Shown here piece by piece: positions 36,394-49,073 of a DNA stretch of 64,000 nucleotides; within the stretch, counting starts at the first letter, position 1, and every line of letters starts with the position of its first letter. A model generated the notes under the pieces. That model did not search any database. It saw nothing but the letters and a program-made list of their open reading frames with translations, and was not told where the DNA came from. The DNA comes from Blepharisma stoltei ATCC 30299. Its lineage: Eukaryota > Protista > Ciliophora. The DNA is taken from contig CBFDEM010000035.1 in assembly GCA_965603825.1 (NCBI GenBank), positions 1 to 64,000 of the forward strand, written 5' to 3'. A program made the translations under genes and the position numbers.

Positions 36394-36652
36394 TTATTTA
36401 TACTAAAAAATTTAATTGCTATGCAATTATTTACCATTCTAATCTGGAGACTCTTATTTGTTATCATAATGTGATTAAATTTGAAAATTCAAGGATAAAA
36501 TTTGTAATAATGACTGAAAAGTTTAGCAAAAATATTTAAAATAAATTTTATTGTTCCAATGCTCATTTATGAAAATTGTAGCTTAATTAAAGTTAATTCA
36601 TGACATTTTCAGATTTAATAAGAAGATAATACGATTCTACAATATAAATATA

Positions 36653-37129
36653 ATGACCATTTTTGATTTTGGTATTGTCTGTTTTGCTCTTTGAATACTC
36701 CTTTCATTCATCTACAAGCCAACTATGACGATAAGACCAATTATTTCAGAAATCTATAACGAAATTGATCATTGCATCTTCTGTGCACAGGAAAACATAG
36801 ATTGCGCTCTTCTCAATTGTGGGCATCAACATTGCGCAAGTTGCATTTTGCTTTTAACATATAAATATTGGAAACTAAGCTGCCCAATCTGCAGAAGTCC
36901 TATATCGTTCATTAAGGCACTCTTTAAGGAAGATGGCAACTCTGAAATGATAGAAAAGATTAATTTTTTTAATCTATTTCATAATTCTGCTGAATGAGAA
37001 AAATGCATTTTAGTTCCGAAATATCTTTTCAAGTACACTAGTTCAATATGATGGCTAGTGATAATGGTGGCCATTTATTATATCCCACTAGTTTCTGAAG
37101 CCAGCAGCACAGTATGCAAAGAGATGTAA
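36653..37129 (+). CDS. Membrane-associated C3HC4 RING E3 ligase (RNF170-like)
   Basis: CIFC...NCGHQHCASC...CPICR. Reading TGA as Trp adds hydrophobic N- and C-terminal segments; ends TAA 37127-37129. Confidence 0.75.
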
Positions 37130-37913
37130 TTTTGGTAAAAGCGACACCATAATTTAATTAAATGCTAGAATTAATGCATTTTAAGTAAAAATACAATTAT
37201 CATTAATTTAATATATATAATTGAATTGTTAATTCATTAGAAAACTGTATGATCACAATTATTTTCGACATATTTTGCGTGATTTTATCATATACTTTGC
37301 GCTTTAGGTTCTTTTCTTGAATGATTCAAACATAAATATCGTCTTGGAAAATCTATGCTTCTGAGGTTTGCTTGATGCCTTGAGGAAATTTATAACCTAT
37401 TCAGGCTCAGTTTTGTGTGCTGCATTAATACCTTCAGAATATCAAAATAATAAATTGGCCTTTATGTAGAGAATATATCAAATTTTTACATTAAATTTGC
37501 TGATTTTTCAAGGATGTGATCTTATTAAAAAAATAGAAAATTTAATCTCTGTAGAGAAAAGAAACATCTTGAAAGAAGAATATTCAATTAAAGAAATCTT
37601 TAATTTAGCAAAGAATGAAAATAATTTTTTGATTGATTTTCTGCAAGTGTAATAAGAAAAAAATAAATGCCCAATTTATTAGTACTCTGGTATAAAAAAT
37701 AACTTTATAGCAATATACTAAATAATAGCCATTTATAAATATCCTAAAGATTTTATTATAATATGTTCAATGCAATTATAATCATTTTATATTTACAAAA
37801 TTATTCTATTCTTTGACATAGCATTTCTAGCCTGCATCATGTAATTATCTTTTTTTCTATTTATTTCTTCAAGTCAAAAATCCAGCTATATTTTATCTTA
37901 TTTATTTTATAAA

Positions 37914-39107
37914 TTAAGGAAAATAAGGTGTGCAATAATTCAATAATTCTCTGCTAGGCAGAAAGTGCCGCAGCAATGAAGGCTTGATCTTATGCATTTT
38001 TAGAGAAATCAAGACATCCATATCCCCAAACATCGTGATCGCTTCGCCAAATTTTAACTCAAGCGCAGTCGCTGAAGAATTTACTTTAATTGACATAGAA
38101 TTTGTAGGTGAATCTGATGTGGATACCAATAAAAAAGGAAATTGAAGGGCAGGCTCTCCTTTCGGATTGATTGTGTTTCTATTGATCAAATTCTGTATCG
38201 CTAAATATTTATTCAAAATTTCTTTGAATTCAAGTCTTTTTGCGTCAACTTCTCGCTTTCTTTTTTCTAAAAATTCTCTTTTTTCCACTAATTCCCCAAC
38301 ATTAAATTCTGCTTTTCATCGAACATTTTTTTCGTCGCGCTCTAAAACTCCTGCAGCTATAAGGACATTTATAGCATCATAAACCCTTCTTCTTATATTT
38401 TTCTCTTCTTTTATTCTATCAACCCCTTCAGTGTCAATTAGCTCATCAATTAATTTTAAAGCCACATCTTTAAAAGAAGTCGGCTGATGTTTACATACAA
38501 GTTGTCTTACCAGTGTCGTTAAATATCTAAGTCCTTTAGTAGATTTTGGAGTCTCAAATTCGGATCCGCACTCGGAATAAGGCGTTGAGTTTACTGAAGA
38601 TGGGGTAAAAAATTTAGTTGCCTGTGTGCTTGGGCTATGGTGAAGTCTTCTTGGTTTTGGGGTTGAAAATTGTATTTGCTTAGGCAAAACACTGAAACAG
38701 TCCCATGCGCTTGCTAATGGTGGCTCTGCTGAAGGCTCTAGCCCTAATTCTGATCCTGATGCAATTTCGTTAATTCCTTGTTCATAGAAAGTTCGCAGCA
38801 TTTCTCGGCGCAAGTCTGAATCAGCATCACTTACCTTTGAAGGCGTATTAGCAAGGAAGCTATCAATAGAAGTCTGGTGGTAGGGAAGGCCATATTCTTG
38901 AGAAATTAATGATAATGCTTGATTCAGGGTCGGAGATCTTAGGAATTTATTTGTTTCTATACAAAAACCCAGCTGAGTATAAATTTGAAGGAGTGTTACA
39001 TCTTTTCCTAGCAAATTTGTGGCACTTAGTAAGGTTTCTTCGACTTCTTTAGAATGCTCTAATTCATATACAAGCCTTTCTATATGAAGAGGTATATTTC
39101 GCTCCAT
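37914..39107 (-). CDS. E2F/DP-family transcription factor, DP-like
   Basis: KGLRYLT, KNIRRRVYDAINVL, KNVRW(TGA), then a DP dimerisation-like region QNLINRN...LQFPFLLV...DMDVL. Confidence 0.9.
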
Positions 39108-39295
39108 TTCCCGGTTTTTCTCTTTAAATTAAGTGAGAATTCATAAAAGCTAAAGCTATAAGGACACTTATAAGAAAAAATTTTGGAATAAGGCGTATGG
39201 TTGAAGTATTTAAAATATTTTTTTAAATTAAAATAAAATGTAATTATTATCCACAAACTGCATATTTAATTATTGCAATCACACGGACAACGGCG

Positions 39296-40087
39296 CTAAG
39301 GAGAAAATTTTAAAGCTTTCAGCATTTTTCGTTTCGCTTCCTCAATATTTTCTTTTTTTTTTGCCCAAAAGAATTTTGCTCGAGCTATAAACATATTTGC
39401 CTCTGCTTGCTTAGTTTTAGTTATACTATTGAACTCATTAAAAATTTTTTTGGCTTCCTTTATGTCATTATTGTAGTCTTTTTTGGACGCTTCAATTTTT
39501 TTTTGAGCCTCCTCTTCAGCAAGTATTTCATTCATTCCTTTTTTAATAAAACTCTCTTTCCATCTTAAATATTCTGGCACCAATTCCTCGGTCTTTGTTT
39601 TAATTTCTGAACTAGCCTCACTACGAATAATTTTTGCAGCTTCAATTTTTGAAAACAGCTGTCAATACACTTCATCATTTATTAGAATTATAAATCAGCT
39701 GAATATACTTTGTTCATATTTTGATATTTTTGACAAAAGCATTTTAAAAATGGTGTCCGCCTCATTTATTTTCTCATTGTTCTCTTTTGCAATTTTTTCT
39801 CAATTTTCGATTCTTTTTAACCTTTTTTCAGCTTTTTCCTTTTTTTTCTGGCTTTCTTCGCATTTTTTATTGCGCACCTTCATTGCTTCACTTATTGTAT
39901 TCTTTTTTATTAAATTTTTTAATCTCATTTCTGTTTGTTCTTGTTGTGCTAATTTGCGTTTATGCTTGGCAAATTCTTCTAATCTACGAGATCGGAAGAC
40001 AGATAAAGGCTCTTTGTATTTTTCTAGAATTTTGGATTTGCGAGAAATATAATTTTGAGTTTTTGGTGTTAATGAGCTGCTGAGCAT
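39296..40087 (-). CDS. Basic coiled-coil hypothetical protein
   Basis: ATG 40087 is open through three TGA codons to TAG 39296. Confidence 0.65.
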
Positions 40088-40291
40088 TCTATAAATATTA
40101 TAAGCTGGATAATTAATATACAAAAACAAATAGCATTTATAATGATGCTTACTTTCTTAATTCAATAAAGCTTCACTTGCAAAATGGCATCTTTTGTTTA
40201 TTAGATTAAATATATCATTAAAAAGATACTAGTTTTAATATTTTCTTCTAAAAATGCATTAATCTACAGTTAAATGCAATAATTATAATTA

Positions 40292-41221
40292 TTATTGACC
40301 TAAAGGATGATTGAAAGCAACTATGATTGCCGTCATATTATCACATCCCAGTCCTCCACTGCTCGAGACGTCTCTTGCTAGACACTTATCCAGCATTTCA
40401 TCTGCAATAACAGTAATCGGTTTATTTTTTATTTTTTTATGCACAAATTCAATCGCTTGTTGCGAATCTAACATCTCCCACACCCCGTCACACGCTAAAA
40501 TAAAAAAGTCATCGTTTTCTGTAATAGTTTCTCTCCTCACATCTGGATAAGCCGTTATTATTTGGTCCTGAGGCGGGAGCGCTGCGTTCTTTTTATATTC
40601 CAAGTCTCCTATAGATCTGCTTAAATTAAGATTCCCCATGATTCTGCCGTCCACAATATTTCCTCCAGCACGAATAATTCTGGTTCTTTCTTCTGGTAAG
40701 TCTGGCTTATGGTCTCGGGTCAATTCTAAAGCCCTCCCTTCTCTACACAAAACGCAACGTGAGTCTCCAGCGTGAGCCACAATGAGCTGGTTTCCTCTGA
40801 CTAATGATACAACAGCTGTGCAGCCAGCCATTAAGTTGTCGTCGGGCTCTACAGGGTAGTTATTCGGGAGGTTCCTTGAAATTCTTACAAGTTCACGCTT
40901 GGCTTCAATAGTATTTAGCAGTTCATCCATCCTTAAAAAGGTTTCTCGGAGGGCGTCTTCTAGTCTGCCTTCCCTATAAGCAGGGGTTAGTAGAAGCTGC
41001 CGACTGAAGTGTCGGGATACGAATTCAGCGACCTCAGCGCCTCCATGGCCGTCAAATACTCCAAATATCGAAGTATTTGAGTCCAGCTGGACGTTGGTAA
41101 GCTTGGCGTCTTCCATTGAGTTCCTTCAGCCTTGCATTTCACTTGAGGCGAATCTTAACCTTTGGTTTTCGCCTGAAGCTTTCCGTTTATCTCTTTTAGG
41201 AGCAGACAAATAAGGTCCCAT
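40292..41221 (-). CDS. Protein phosphatase 2C (PPM family)
   Basis: MGPYLSAP, MQGW(TGA)RNSMED, FGVFDGHGG, GDSR, DHKP, LNLSRSIGD, ILACDGVW, GCDNMT. Confidence 0.96.
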
Positions 41222-41353
41222 TGTCAAATTTTAATTTATAATATTTATATCGGTGGTGAGAAATAAGGAGAATTTATTGGGTTTAATTAGGCTGAGCTAT
41301 AGATTTAGATATAAAATCATAACTAAAATAGGTTTTGGTTAATAATCCTATAA

Positions 41354-41818
41354 TTATTTGAGGTTAGAGTTTATTGGAGTCTTTTTGTCACGCCTTTTAG
41401 GCTTATCTTGATTTCCTTCATGAGAATAATATAAGTCAATGTTGAGCTGTTTTCTCTTGAAATAGTCTTTAATTTCATCTGTCACGAAATCCATTGGATT
41501 ATCAACGCGAGGAGTCAGTTCATTTCCATTGGCGTCTTCAACTTCTAAAGGTATTGCGCCTGGGTTTGCGATGATAGGTGCTCTTCTTGGGTTTACATGG
41601 AAAACTGGGTAGTTTTGGAATCTCTGGGTGCCTGCTGACATTTGGCGAGTGCTATGTCTTAGAAAACTTTCTAAATTCAGCTCTTCTTTAACTTTTTTTA
41701 TGTACTCAAGCCTTTCTTCTGCTGTAGCTTGACGCATTGGGATGCCAGCTTTCATTCTCCATGCTTTTTCAACTGGGATTCTTAGAGATCTAGTTCCGAA
41801 TAGAATTTCTGCAGCCAT
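41354..41818 (-). CDS. Hypothetical protein (154 aa)
   Basis: ATG 41818 (MAAEILFG) to TAA; coding-like composition; no family recognised. Confidence 0.7.
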   Translation of the reverse strand: MAAEILFGTRSLRIPVEKAWRMKAGIPMRQATAEERLEYIKKVKEELNLESFLRHSTRQMSAGTQRFQNYPVFHVNPRRAPIIANPGAIPLEVEDANGNELTPRVDNPMDFVTDEIKDYFKRKQLNIDLYYSHEGNQDKPKRRDKKTPINSNLK

Positions 41819-42049
41819 ATTTATAAAAGCCAAAAATTGAGAAATTTTTAAAAAGAAGATCAAATTCTTTTGAATCTGAGCTGCCTATTTTTATTTGAAA
41901 ATTAAATAATGGTATTTTTTCGTGAAGATGCAAATTTTTATGACAATCTCTAAAGAGAAGATATAAGTGACTTTACACAATATTTATTTAAGAATACCTA
42001 ATAAAATATATGTCTTAAAATCCATTTATTGTAGATTTCAATAAATATA

Positions 42050-43156
42050 ATGATATTCCTATTTCTCTCCTTTCTCAGCACAATTCCTGTGCTTGCATTT
42101 GAAACCTGCTCTGCCTACTCTTGTAAACATCAATCTCAAAAATTCGTCGAAGATACTTGCTCCTTCTACGAGGCGGAATCTGACAGATACTGGCTTCACT
42201 CATGCCAAAACGACCTTTCTTATTACTGCAGCCCGGTTATTGGAAAAAATACTACCTGTTCTCTCCCACAAGCCAAAACAAAATCGTCCTTAAAATGGCC
42301 TGGTGAAAGCTGCAGAACAACTGATGACTGCAAATACAATTATATTGGCGAATGTGTTGAAAACGTCTGCCAAGGAAGCCCAGTCTTCGGATTCTGCAGT
42401 GATTCACATTTTTGTGAGCCTGGAGCGTTCTGCAACAACCAAAAAATCTGTGTAAAGCAATTCCCAGACGGAGTTCAAGATTGTGAAAATGACTATGAAT
42501 GTGAAAATGGCTCTGGTTGTGATGGCGGAATTTGCAGGAAATATTTAAGCATAAAAATCAATCAAGAAGTTTCCCAGTGCCTCAGCAACTCAAATTTACT
42601 ATGTGAATCTTCATATTGCTTTACAAATTCAACAGAAAATAAGCATTACTGCTTGAGTTCTTTAGGAAAAAATAAAAAAAATCCAGTCGAATGCAGCACT
42701 GACGAAGAATGCATGTCAAAGGTTGACACCATTTCTGGAGTGTCACTGAGTCCAGGATGCCATTGTGGTATTAACCCGAAAGGAAAAAAATTCTGTGGGA
42801 TATTACCTGGCGATGATGAATATTTATATTATTTAGGACAATTAGCGACGTGGTATAGATCTGATGAAATTAAAAAATGTAATACAATGAGAAGGCACCA
42901 TCAGACGTGTATTTTGGATAATTGGAGAGAAAATGACGCGTATAAGCTCATGTTTTTGAGGGAGACTGTGGTTAAGTATGTGGATATTCAAGAAAATGAC
43001 TATTGTATCGAGACTATGATAAATTCTGAGTATTTCGAGCTGGCCCATAGGTATATGCATACGATTAATAAAGACCCTCATGGATCACTTGTTGGGCAAA
43101 GTGGGTCTATGTTGATAGGCTCATTATCATTAATTGTCTCGATGGTTTTCAATTAA
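42050..43156 (+). CDS. Cys-rich secreted/surface protein, probably GPI- or tail-anchored
   Basis: Signal peptide, many periodic Cys (GESC...DC...C...C repeats), hydrophobic C-terminus. Confidence 0.85.
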   Translation: MIFLFLSFLSTIPVLAFETCSAYSCKHQSQKFVEDTCSFYEAESDRYWLHSCQNDLSYYCSPVIGKNTTCSLPQAKTKSSLKWPGESCRTTDDCKYNYIGECVENVCQGSPVFGFCSDSHFCEPGAFCNNQKICVKQFPDGVQDCENDYECENGSGCDGGICRKYLSIKINQEVSQCLSNSNLLCESSYCFTNSTENKHYCLSSLGKNKKNPVECSTDEECMSKVDTISGVSLSPGCHCGINPKGKKFCGILPGDDEYLYYLGQLATWYRSDEIKKCNTMRRHHQTCILDNWRENDAYKLMFLRETVVKYVDIQENDYCIETMINSEYFELAHRYMHTINKDPHGSLVGQSGSMLIGSLSLIVSMVFN

Positions 43157-43931
43157 TTATCATTTTTAGCATCTTTTTAGCTTAAATAAATTGTGTTAGA
43201 TTCTCCAGTAAGTAAAATATTATAACTAGTGAGTTCTGCATGAATTAAATTATAGAAAATTGTAGATAACAGTAATTGAAAAATAAAATGGCAGCGACGT
43301 GAATATATTTCTGAACGTTTTTTAAGTGCACCAACTAATCTTTAAGTTGCCAGACATTTATATATTTATTGTATGCAAATTCCATTCTATTCATAGCTTT
43401 CCTTTTCCCAGATACATTTTTTGGCTTTTAAGAGATTCAAAGCTAAATTCCAGCACTTAAGAAGGCTCCTCCTTTAGAATCCTTACTTTTTGATGTGCCC
43501 TTTCCTCCATTCTTGACATATTCTACTTCCAAACTTTTTCTCAAAGATGATTATTACCCCTATAGTCCTGTCGCATGAACCTGCTTGCACTCCATCATTC
43601 ATAGTTACTATGTCCATCATGTTCAGATATGTCTTCAGCATTTCAAACTGCTGTCCTTGATTTCATTCTCATCACTTAAAGATTGAATTATTTCCACAGA
43701 TTGAATCGTCTTAGTTGTCTCGCTGCCAAGCACTTCTTCAGTATAGTTCCAATCTCAGGATACGAATTTTCATATATAGATAAACTACAAGCTATTTTAA
43801 ATATTTTTATTAATAGCCAATATATTGCTATTTGCTATCTTTTTTCTAATTTTGTCACGAAATTTCCAAATATACCGATTTTTATAGTGCTTCCTTGATA
43901 TATATTACAGATGTAATTATACAGATTTTTA

Positions 43932-45209
43932 ATGGAAGACTTTCTAAACAAACCTCTCCTCCAAGAATTTTCACCGCACACTCTTTACTCTGGCGAAGCA
44001 ATCCTTTGCAAGGAATCCATGAAACTCATAGTTAAGCCTGACTCTTTTTTAGTTATCTCATTAGCCACTTCAACTGCAATTTACCAAATGAAGTGGCAAG
44101 ACATCTTGGGAGCGATCCCACAAAGCACAAAACCTAAAAAAGGATTTACTTTAATCGCTTTTCACAAAAAATCGAATACAAGAATCCTCGAGCGATTTTT
44201 ATTTTTAACGAATGACTCTGATTATTGGGTCCTTATTATTCAAAGTATGTGCTATTTTCAAAAACTACCTGACGAGTATGAATATGATGTATATAGAAGA
44301 AGGTTTAAGGTATTTTTATCACAAACTAGCAAAGCCTTACAAATATGACGACAGGTAGCACCAATTTTTATTGCTTGTGAATTGGCAATTTCTAGGATCC
44401 AGGCTCATTCTCAAGCTGTTGAAACCACAAAAACGCTGGATTTATCACTTTATGACGGGATTTTGGTAGTCGGCTGTGACAACTTGTTCCATGAAGTCAT
44501 AAATGCCCTTTATAAACGAAGTGATGGCGAACAAGCACGACTTTGCCCAGTTTTTCCAATTTCAGTAGGATATAATGAAGAAATTGCCAAAATATTGTGT
44601 AAAAAATCAAATGAGCCTTTTTCTCCAGAAAACTGTGCATTCATAGCAGCTAAAGGCACCCCTCTCCCTATCGACATAACAGAAATTAAGCCAATTTCCA
44701 GCGACGAAATAATTTACAGCATTTATTCCTTTTCCTGAGCATTTACCGCTGACGTCGAAATTACCAGCGAAACGTAACCTTTACATAGGTGCCGAGTTTT
44801 CCGAAAAACCCTGAATTCAGCTTGAAGGCTTATTTCTCTAAAAAAATACAATGCCAGCTTAAAATGAACTGACGAGGACGGTGAACATGAGCATAACGAC
44901 CGTTTTATTTATTTTTTAGCTTTAAACATGTCAGCAGACTGCAATGGTGATGACGGGAAAAATGATATTTTAGTCAACAGCGGCGATATAGGAAGAAAAG
45001 GACTTGTCCATGTCTTGTATAAGCAAAGAAAAGGCCCAAAGCTTGGTATTGACCAGCTTAAGCATATAAGTGCGTCAAAATGGTCATTAAGGCCCAACAG
45101 TAAACGAGGCATTTTTTCTGTAGACTCCCAAAGCTACCCTGTAGAAAACATAGATGCAGAGGTCTTAAAACAATATGGCACAGTTTTTGCTTTGACAAGT
45201 TTATTATAA
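43932..45209 (+). CDS. Sphingosine/diacylglycerol kinase-family protein with degenerate active site; intron 44774-44788
   Basis: YDGILVVGCDNLFHEVINAL, LPIDI, SW(TGA)AFTADVEITSE, FSVDSQ. The intron GTAACCTTTACATAG restores the frame. Confidence 0.8.
44774..44788 (+). other. 15-nt spliceosomal intron GTAACCTTTACATAG
   Basis: Removes an in-frame TAA inside the kinase-like domain. Confidence 0.85.
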
Positions 45210-45234
45210 TGCAATTTTTAATTAATGATTTAGA

Positions 45235-46179
45235 TTAAATGTTCTTAATCTGAGAAATCAATGGCTGGCTTGCCCCATGACCTTTATAGTCACTAATAGG
45301 GAACACCACCCAGTTAACGAAAGCCAAAATGATCATTTCGACACAGAGAAGTAAATTTGACGTATAAATGGTTACGTATTTTACTGAATCGTCGTCTGTG
45401 GTGTCTGCTATTAGTCCGTATGAGGCTGCAAGGCCTATGATAGAAGGTTGGATTTGGGTGACCATAAATGCATATTCAATAACCTTGAACTTTGGTGTCA
45501 TATTGAGATTTTTAAGCTCTTTGACTTCCTTGGTGACTTTCATGAACATCATCATGAAGTACATGGCGTAAATTGAGGTTACGATTTTTGCATAGTTAAT
45601 ATAAACGTAGCCGTATTGGAAATCAGATGATCCATAATGCAGGTAATCAGTGCTAAATCCGTATAGAAGAATGCACGAAGCTACTGCTGACAGCAAGAAG
45701 GTGAGGCCGTATTGTATCATAGCCCATTTTACTCTCCATAAGAAGCTGTGGACGTGCTTTGGGGTTTCTAAGCTTATAGAGCCGAAGCAAGGACACTTGT
45801 GCTTGACCTTTTCGACTGAGGAGACTGCGACGTCAACTTTCATTGGGTCATAATGAGAGCCTGTACTATCACTTTGCCATCCTAACATTCTTATAGTGTA
45901 CTCCACAAACACGTAAACAATGAGAGCTTTCATTACATCAGCAGCAACTTCAAGCAATCCTATAGCAGAGCCTACAATGACTATAGCCCAGCAAGGCCAG
46001 CCTACAAGCATTGGGCCAAGAAGAATCACGTTGAGCCATTTTTGAGCCTCTCTGTAATGAGGGTTTTTATTGTTTACCCAAATGTGCCGTAATGAGATAA
46101 AAGATGCAATGAGGAGAGTTATGCCGGAGACCCAGATTGCACCACCAATGCCGATATCTCTTTGGTTGTAATCGACCAT
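45235..46179 (-). CDS. OST-alpha/TMEM184-family 7TM protein
   Basis: Seven hydrophobic segments; HKCPCF...FLWRVKWAMIQY, PKFKVI, LLCVEMII. Confidence 0.78.
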   Translation of the reverse strand: MVDYNQRDIGIGGAIWVSGITLLIASFISLRHIWVNNKNPHYREAQKWLNVILLGPMLVGWPCWAIVIVGSAIGLLEVAADVMKALIVYVFVEYTIRMLGWQSDSTGSHYDPMKVDVAVSSVEKVKHKCPCFGSISLETPKHVHSFLWRVKWAMIQYGLTFLLSAVASCILLYGFSTDYLHYGSSDFQYGYVYINYAKIVTSIYAMYFMMMFMKVTKEVKELKNLNMTPKFKVIEYAFMVTQIQPSIIGLAASYGLIADTTDDDSVKYVTIYTSNLLLCVEMIILAFVNWVVFPISDYKGHGASQPLISQIKNI

Positions 46180-46873
46180 TTTATAAGCTAATAAAATATA
46201 GGGGTTTTTATCAATACATTTGATTAATTTTAGCAGAAAATCAATTTATGAGAAAAATTTAATAAAAGACTAGGCTTCTTTATTTATATAAAATGTGCTT
46301 TAGTCTTGCTAATAAAATCGAAGCACTTATAAGCATAGAATCAAAGTGTTTCTTAAACAGTTTTAATGGTAATTGACATATTAATAATTACTCTAAAAAT
46401 AGCAGTGAAGATTATAAGTCATTTTCCACTCAATAATCTTAAATTGCTCTTTATTACTAGTTTATAAATCTTCAAAAATTATTTATCTTTATGCAAAATA
46501 GTCCAAATCAGGCTTCAGCGAAACATCTTTTAAAACTGTTTTCTAAAGCACCAAATGTGAAGGCTTGCCTTAAAAATCTATTAAATTTCTCCTTACAAAG
46601 ATCACCTTATATTTTCCATAAATTATTTAACCACTCAAAGTTTTGTTCCATCTCTTCTGGATAATCCTCCTAGACTCTGCCATTTATAACCTGGCTAAAA
46701 ATCCATAAATATAAAATGATGAACTAAATGAACGCTTTCTGAACAGTGAAGTGAAATTTCCTCTGATTTTTATCTATCTTCTATGATGAATTCTTTAATC
46801 TGTCAATCCACTGATTATTGATGCAAATTTATTCTGATTTATTACTAAATATTAATATTTATAACTAAATGAA

Positions 46874-48097
46874 TTACATCCTAATGCTTCCACACATCAT
46901 ACAATACCGCGCTCTCAGCGGCACATTTGCATCACAATGCTGACATATAGCAGTCGTCTCTTTTAACCTTTGCGTCGACTGTGACCGATTGCTTGCCAAA
47001 TGCGTATGAGAAGAATGGCGGCTTAAGTCCCTTGATCCTGGGTAATATTCCGGCTTTTCCAGCGTCTTTATCGTCCTGCTTGGCTTCAGCTCTCTTTCTT
47101 TATATGTTCTCTGTTTAGTCGTTTTTGCTTTCGGTGTAAACATTTTTTGGCTTGTATCACTTCCATCTAGATAGGACAATTTTGTAATAACAGCATCATT
47201 CTCGATTAAAGGGAACAAATGGCCTTGGTCAAATCTTTTTATTCTGTATGAGGTGTGGATATTTGGAGTATATAAGATATCTTGGTTGTTTACAGCACTT
47301 ATAGACTCGACATCGAGGGTTTCGTTAAGCACGATTCGAGGCTCTGAGCTTTCGATAACAAAAGATCGGTTTTTGGCGCCGAGGCTTTTAGTCCTTATTG
47401 TTAATTCTTTGTCTTTTTTTATGCTGGGAAACCGGTTTTTTCTTAATACAGTTGGAGGCGGCTTAGGCTTGTTTATGATATCTTTGCACTTTTCTATATG
47501 TTTTTCAGCTTGGATAGGGCCGAATTTCCGACTGCAGTGTGGACAAGTGATGTAGTTTTCATAAGTTGAGTCACTTTCTGATGAAAGCTGCAGATTTTTC
47601 AGCAATTCTAAATGCTGTTTTTGCCATTTTGAGTTGGGATATTGAAGTTTTAAAGAATATCTACTAACTGAATGTGACCTTTCTGTAAATTCATACACAT
47701 TTGGAAGCCTCTGCTTAGTCATATTAAATAGCGGTCTTTTTCTCGAAGCCAGTTCACAAGCTTGCTGATGTTTCTCAATCCTCTCAGCCATAAACTTCCT
47801 TTTGCAATATTTGCATGTATGTCTTAAATCGTCTCCACTTTCTTCAATAATGATATTTAAAGAGTCTTTATTCCTTTCTTCACACAATTGTGAATGAATA
47901 AGCAAAGAAGAAACTATAACAGTTTGGTGGCATCGAGAACATTTTACTTCACTTGGGGTATATAATTGTGGACCTTCAGGGTGGTGTTTTCTCAAGTGAA
48001 AAAGAATGGTAGAAGAGCTGAATTCTCGTTGGCTGTATAAAGAATACCATTGCTCACATTTTACACTGATGGGGCGGGAGGTATCACAAAAATCCAT
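46874..48097 (-). CDS. C2HC zinc-finger protein (ZC2HC1-like)
   Basis: CKYCKRKF...KHQQAC, KWQKQH, CPHCSRKF...KHIEKC, terminal CQHC...CMMCG ribbon. Confidence 0.85.
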   Translation of the reverse strand: MDFCDTSRPISVKCEQWYSLYSQREFSSSTILFHLRKHHPEGPQLYTPSEVKCSRCHQTVIVSSLLIHSQLCEERNKDSLNIIIEESGDDLRHTCKYCKRKFMAERIEKHQQACELASRKRPLFNMTKQRLPNVYEFTERSHSVSRYSLKLQYPNSKWQKQHLELLKNLQLSSESDSTYENYITCPHCSRKFGPIQAEKHIEKCKDIINKPKPPPTVLRKNRFPSIKKDKELTIRTKSLGAKNRSFVIESSEPRIVLNETLDVESISAVNNQDILYTPNIHTSYRIKRFDQGHLFPLIENDAVITKLSYLDGSDTSQKMFTPKAKTTKQRTYKERELKPSRTIKTLEKPEYYPGSRDLSRHSSHTHLASNRSQSTQRLKETTAICQHCDANVPLRARYCMMCGSIRM

Positions 48098-48332
48098 AAA
48101 ATTGAAATTTAGTAAAAGTGGGTTAAATTTTATAAGTAAAGAGAAATGAAGAATTTTTGTTGATAAGGATATAGGACGGTGCAGATTTTTTTAATAATAT
48201 GCGTGAAGGCCTGATCTCTATATTTAAAATGTGCAGAACTAATAAAAATCAAGGTCCTATGTAGAAAAAGTGATAAGAAAAATAAGTTTTTTTGCATTAA
48301 ATTATGGTAATTATTGTGATGGGTTTTTTTAG

Positions 48333-49073
48333 TTATACAATAGGCGATTTTGACCTTCCGAAAATACGGTTTAATAGGTTGTCTTTGCAAGGGTTCCAAA
48401 AATGTTCGGTTTTTGTAATTCACTGCTTTTTGTTGCTTTGTGGCATACTGAAAATTGTATCTACTTGTGGGGATAGGCACCTTAATCTTTCGTAAATGTC
48501 ACTGTCAAACCTTCCTTTAACCTTTTGGCTTTGCCCTGCGTACTCTCTGTGGCAGGTTTTTGACCTTTTATGATGATCCTTTCCGTCTAGAATTTCGCTT
48601 TGGGTTCATATTTTCTGATGGCAAATTGGTCTTGTCCTGCTGTTATCCCTTGAGATAGGCTCTTTTGGGACTTTTAAGTCAATTTTTGCTGAGTGAGGGA
48701 CTGCAAGTTTTCTGTGAACCACGTTGACTGTTTTTTTGGCTCTTACGGGGGTGTTTATTATTTGGGATTCGAGATCTGCATATACGTGAATCGGCTGAGG
48801 CAAAGTTGAAATTTCTTCTGGGTTGGACTCTATTAAAAGTGTCGGTAAATTTACAGTGAAAGTTTTCTTTTTCTTGTGGGATGCTTTCTCTACCAGAGAT
48901 GGAGAATTACTTATTATTTTTTTGCAAATTCCTGGAGGTTTTGCGTCAAAGCTTAACGAATTGTGAGAAGAAAATGCACTGGTCGTGGACGATATAGATT
49001 TGTGTTTTGGAAAGAGCTGATTGCATTGGGAAAATAGGTTTTCTTTGGATAGAATTATGTCTGAAGATTTCAT
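48333..49073 (-). CDS. Hypothetical low-complexity protein
   Basis: The track ORF extends through two TGA codons to TAA 48333-48335. Confidence 0.65.

Noticed and set aside
43320-43780. Coding-like minus-strand stretch, and a similar one at about 46450-46830
   Set aside because: All frames I read are interrupted by TAA/TAG with no rescuing intron, and no family is recognisable. They may be decayed genes but cannot be supported.
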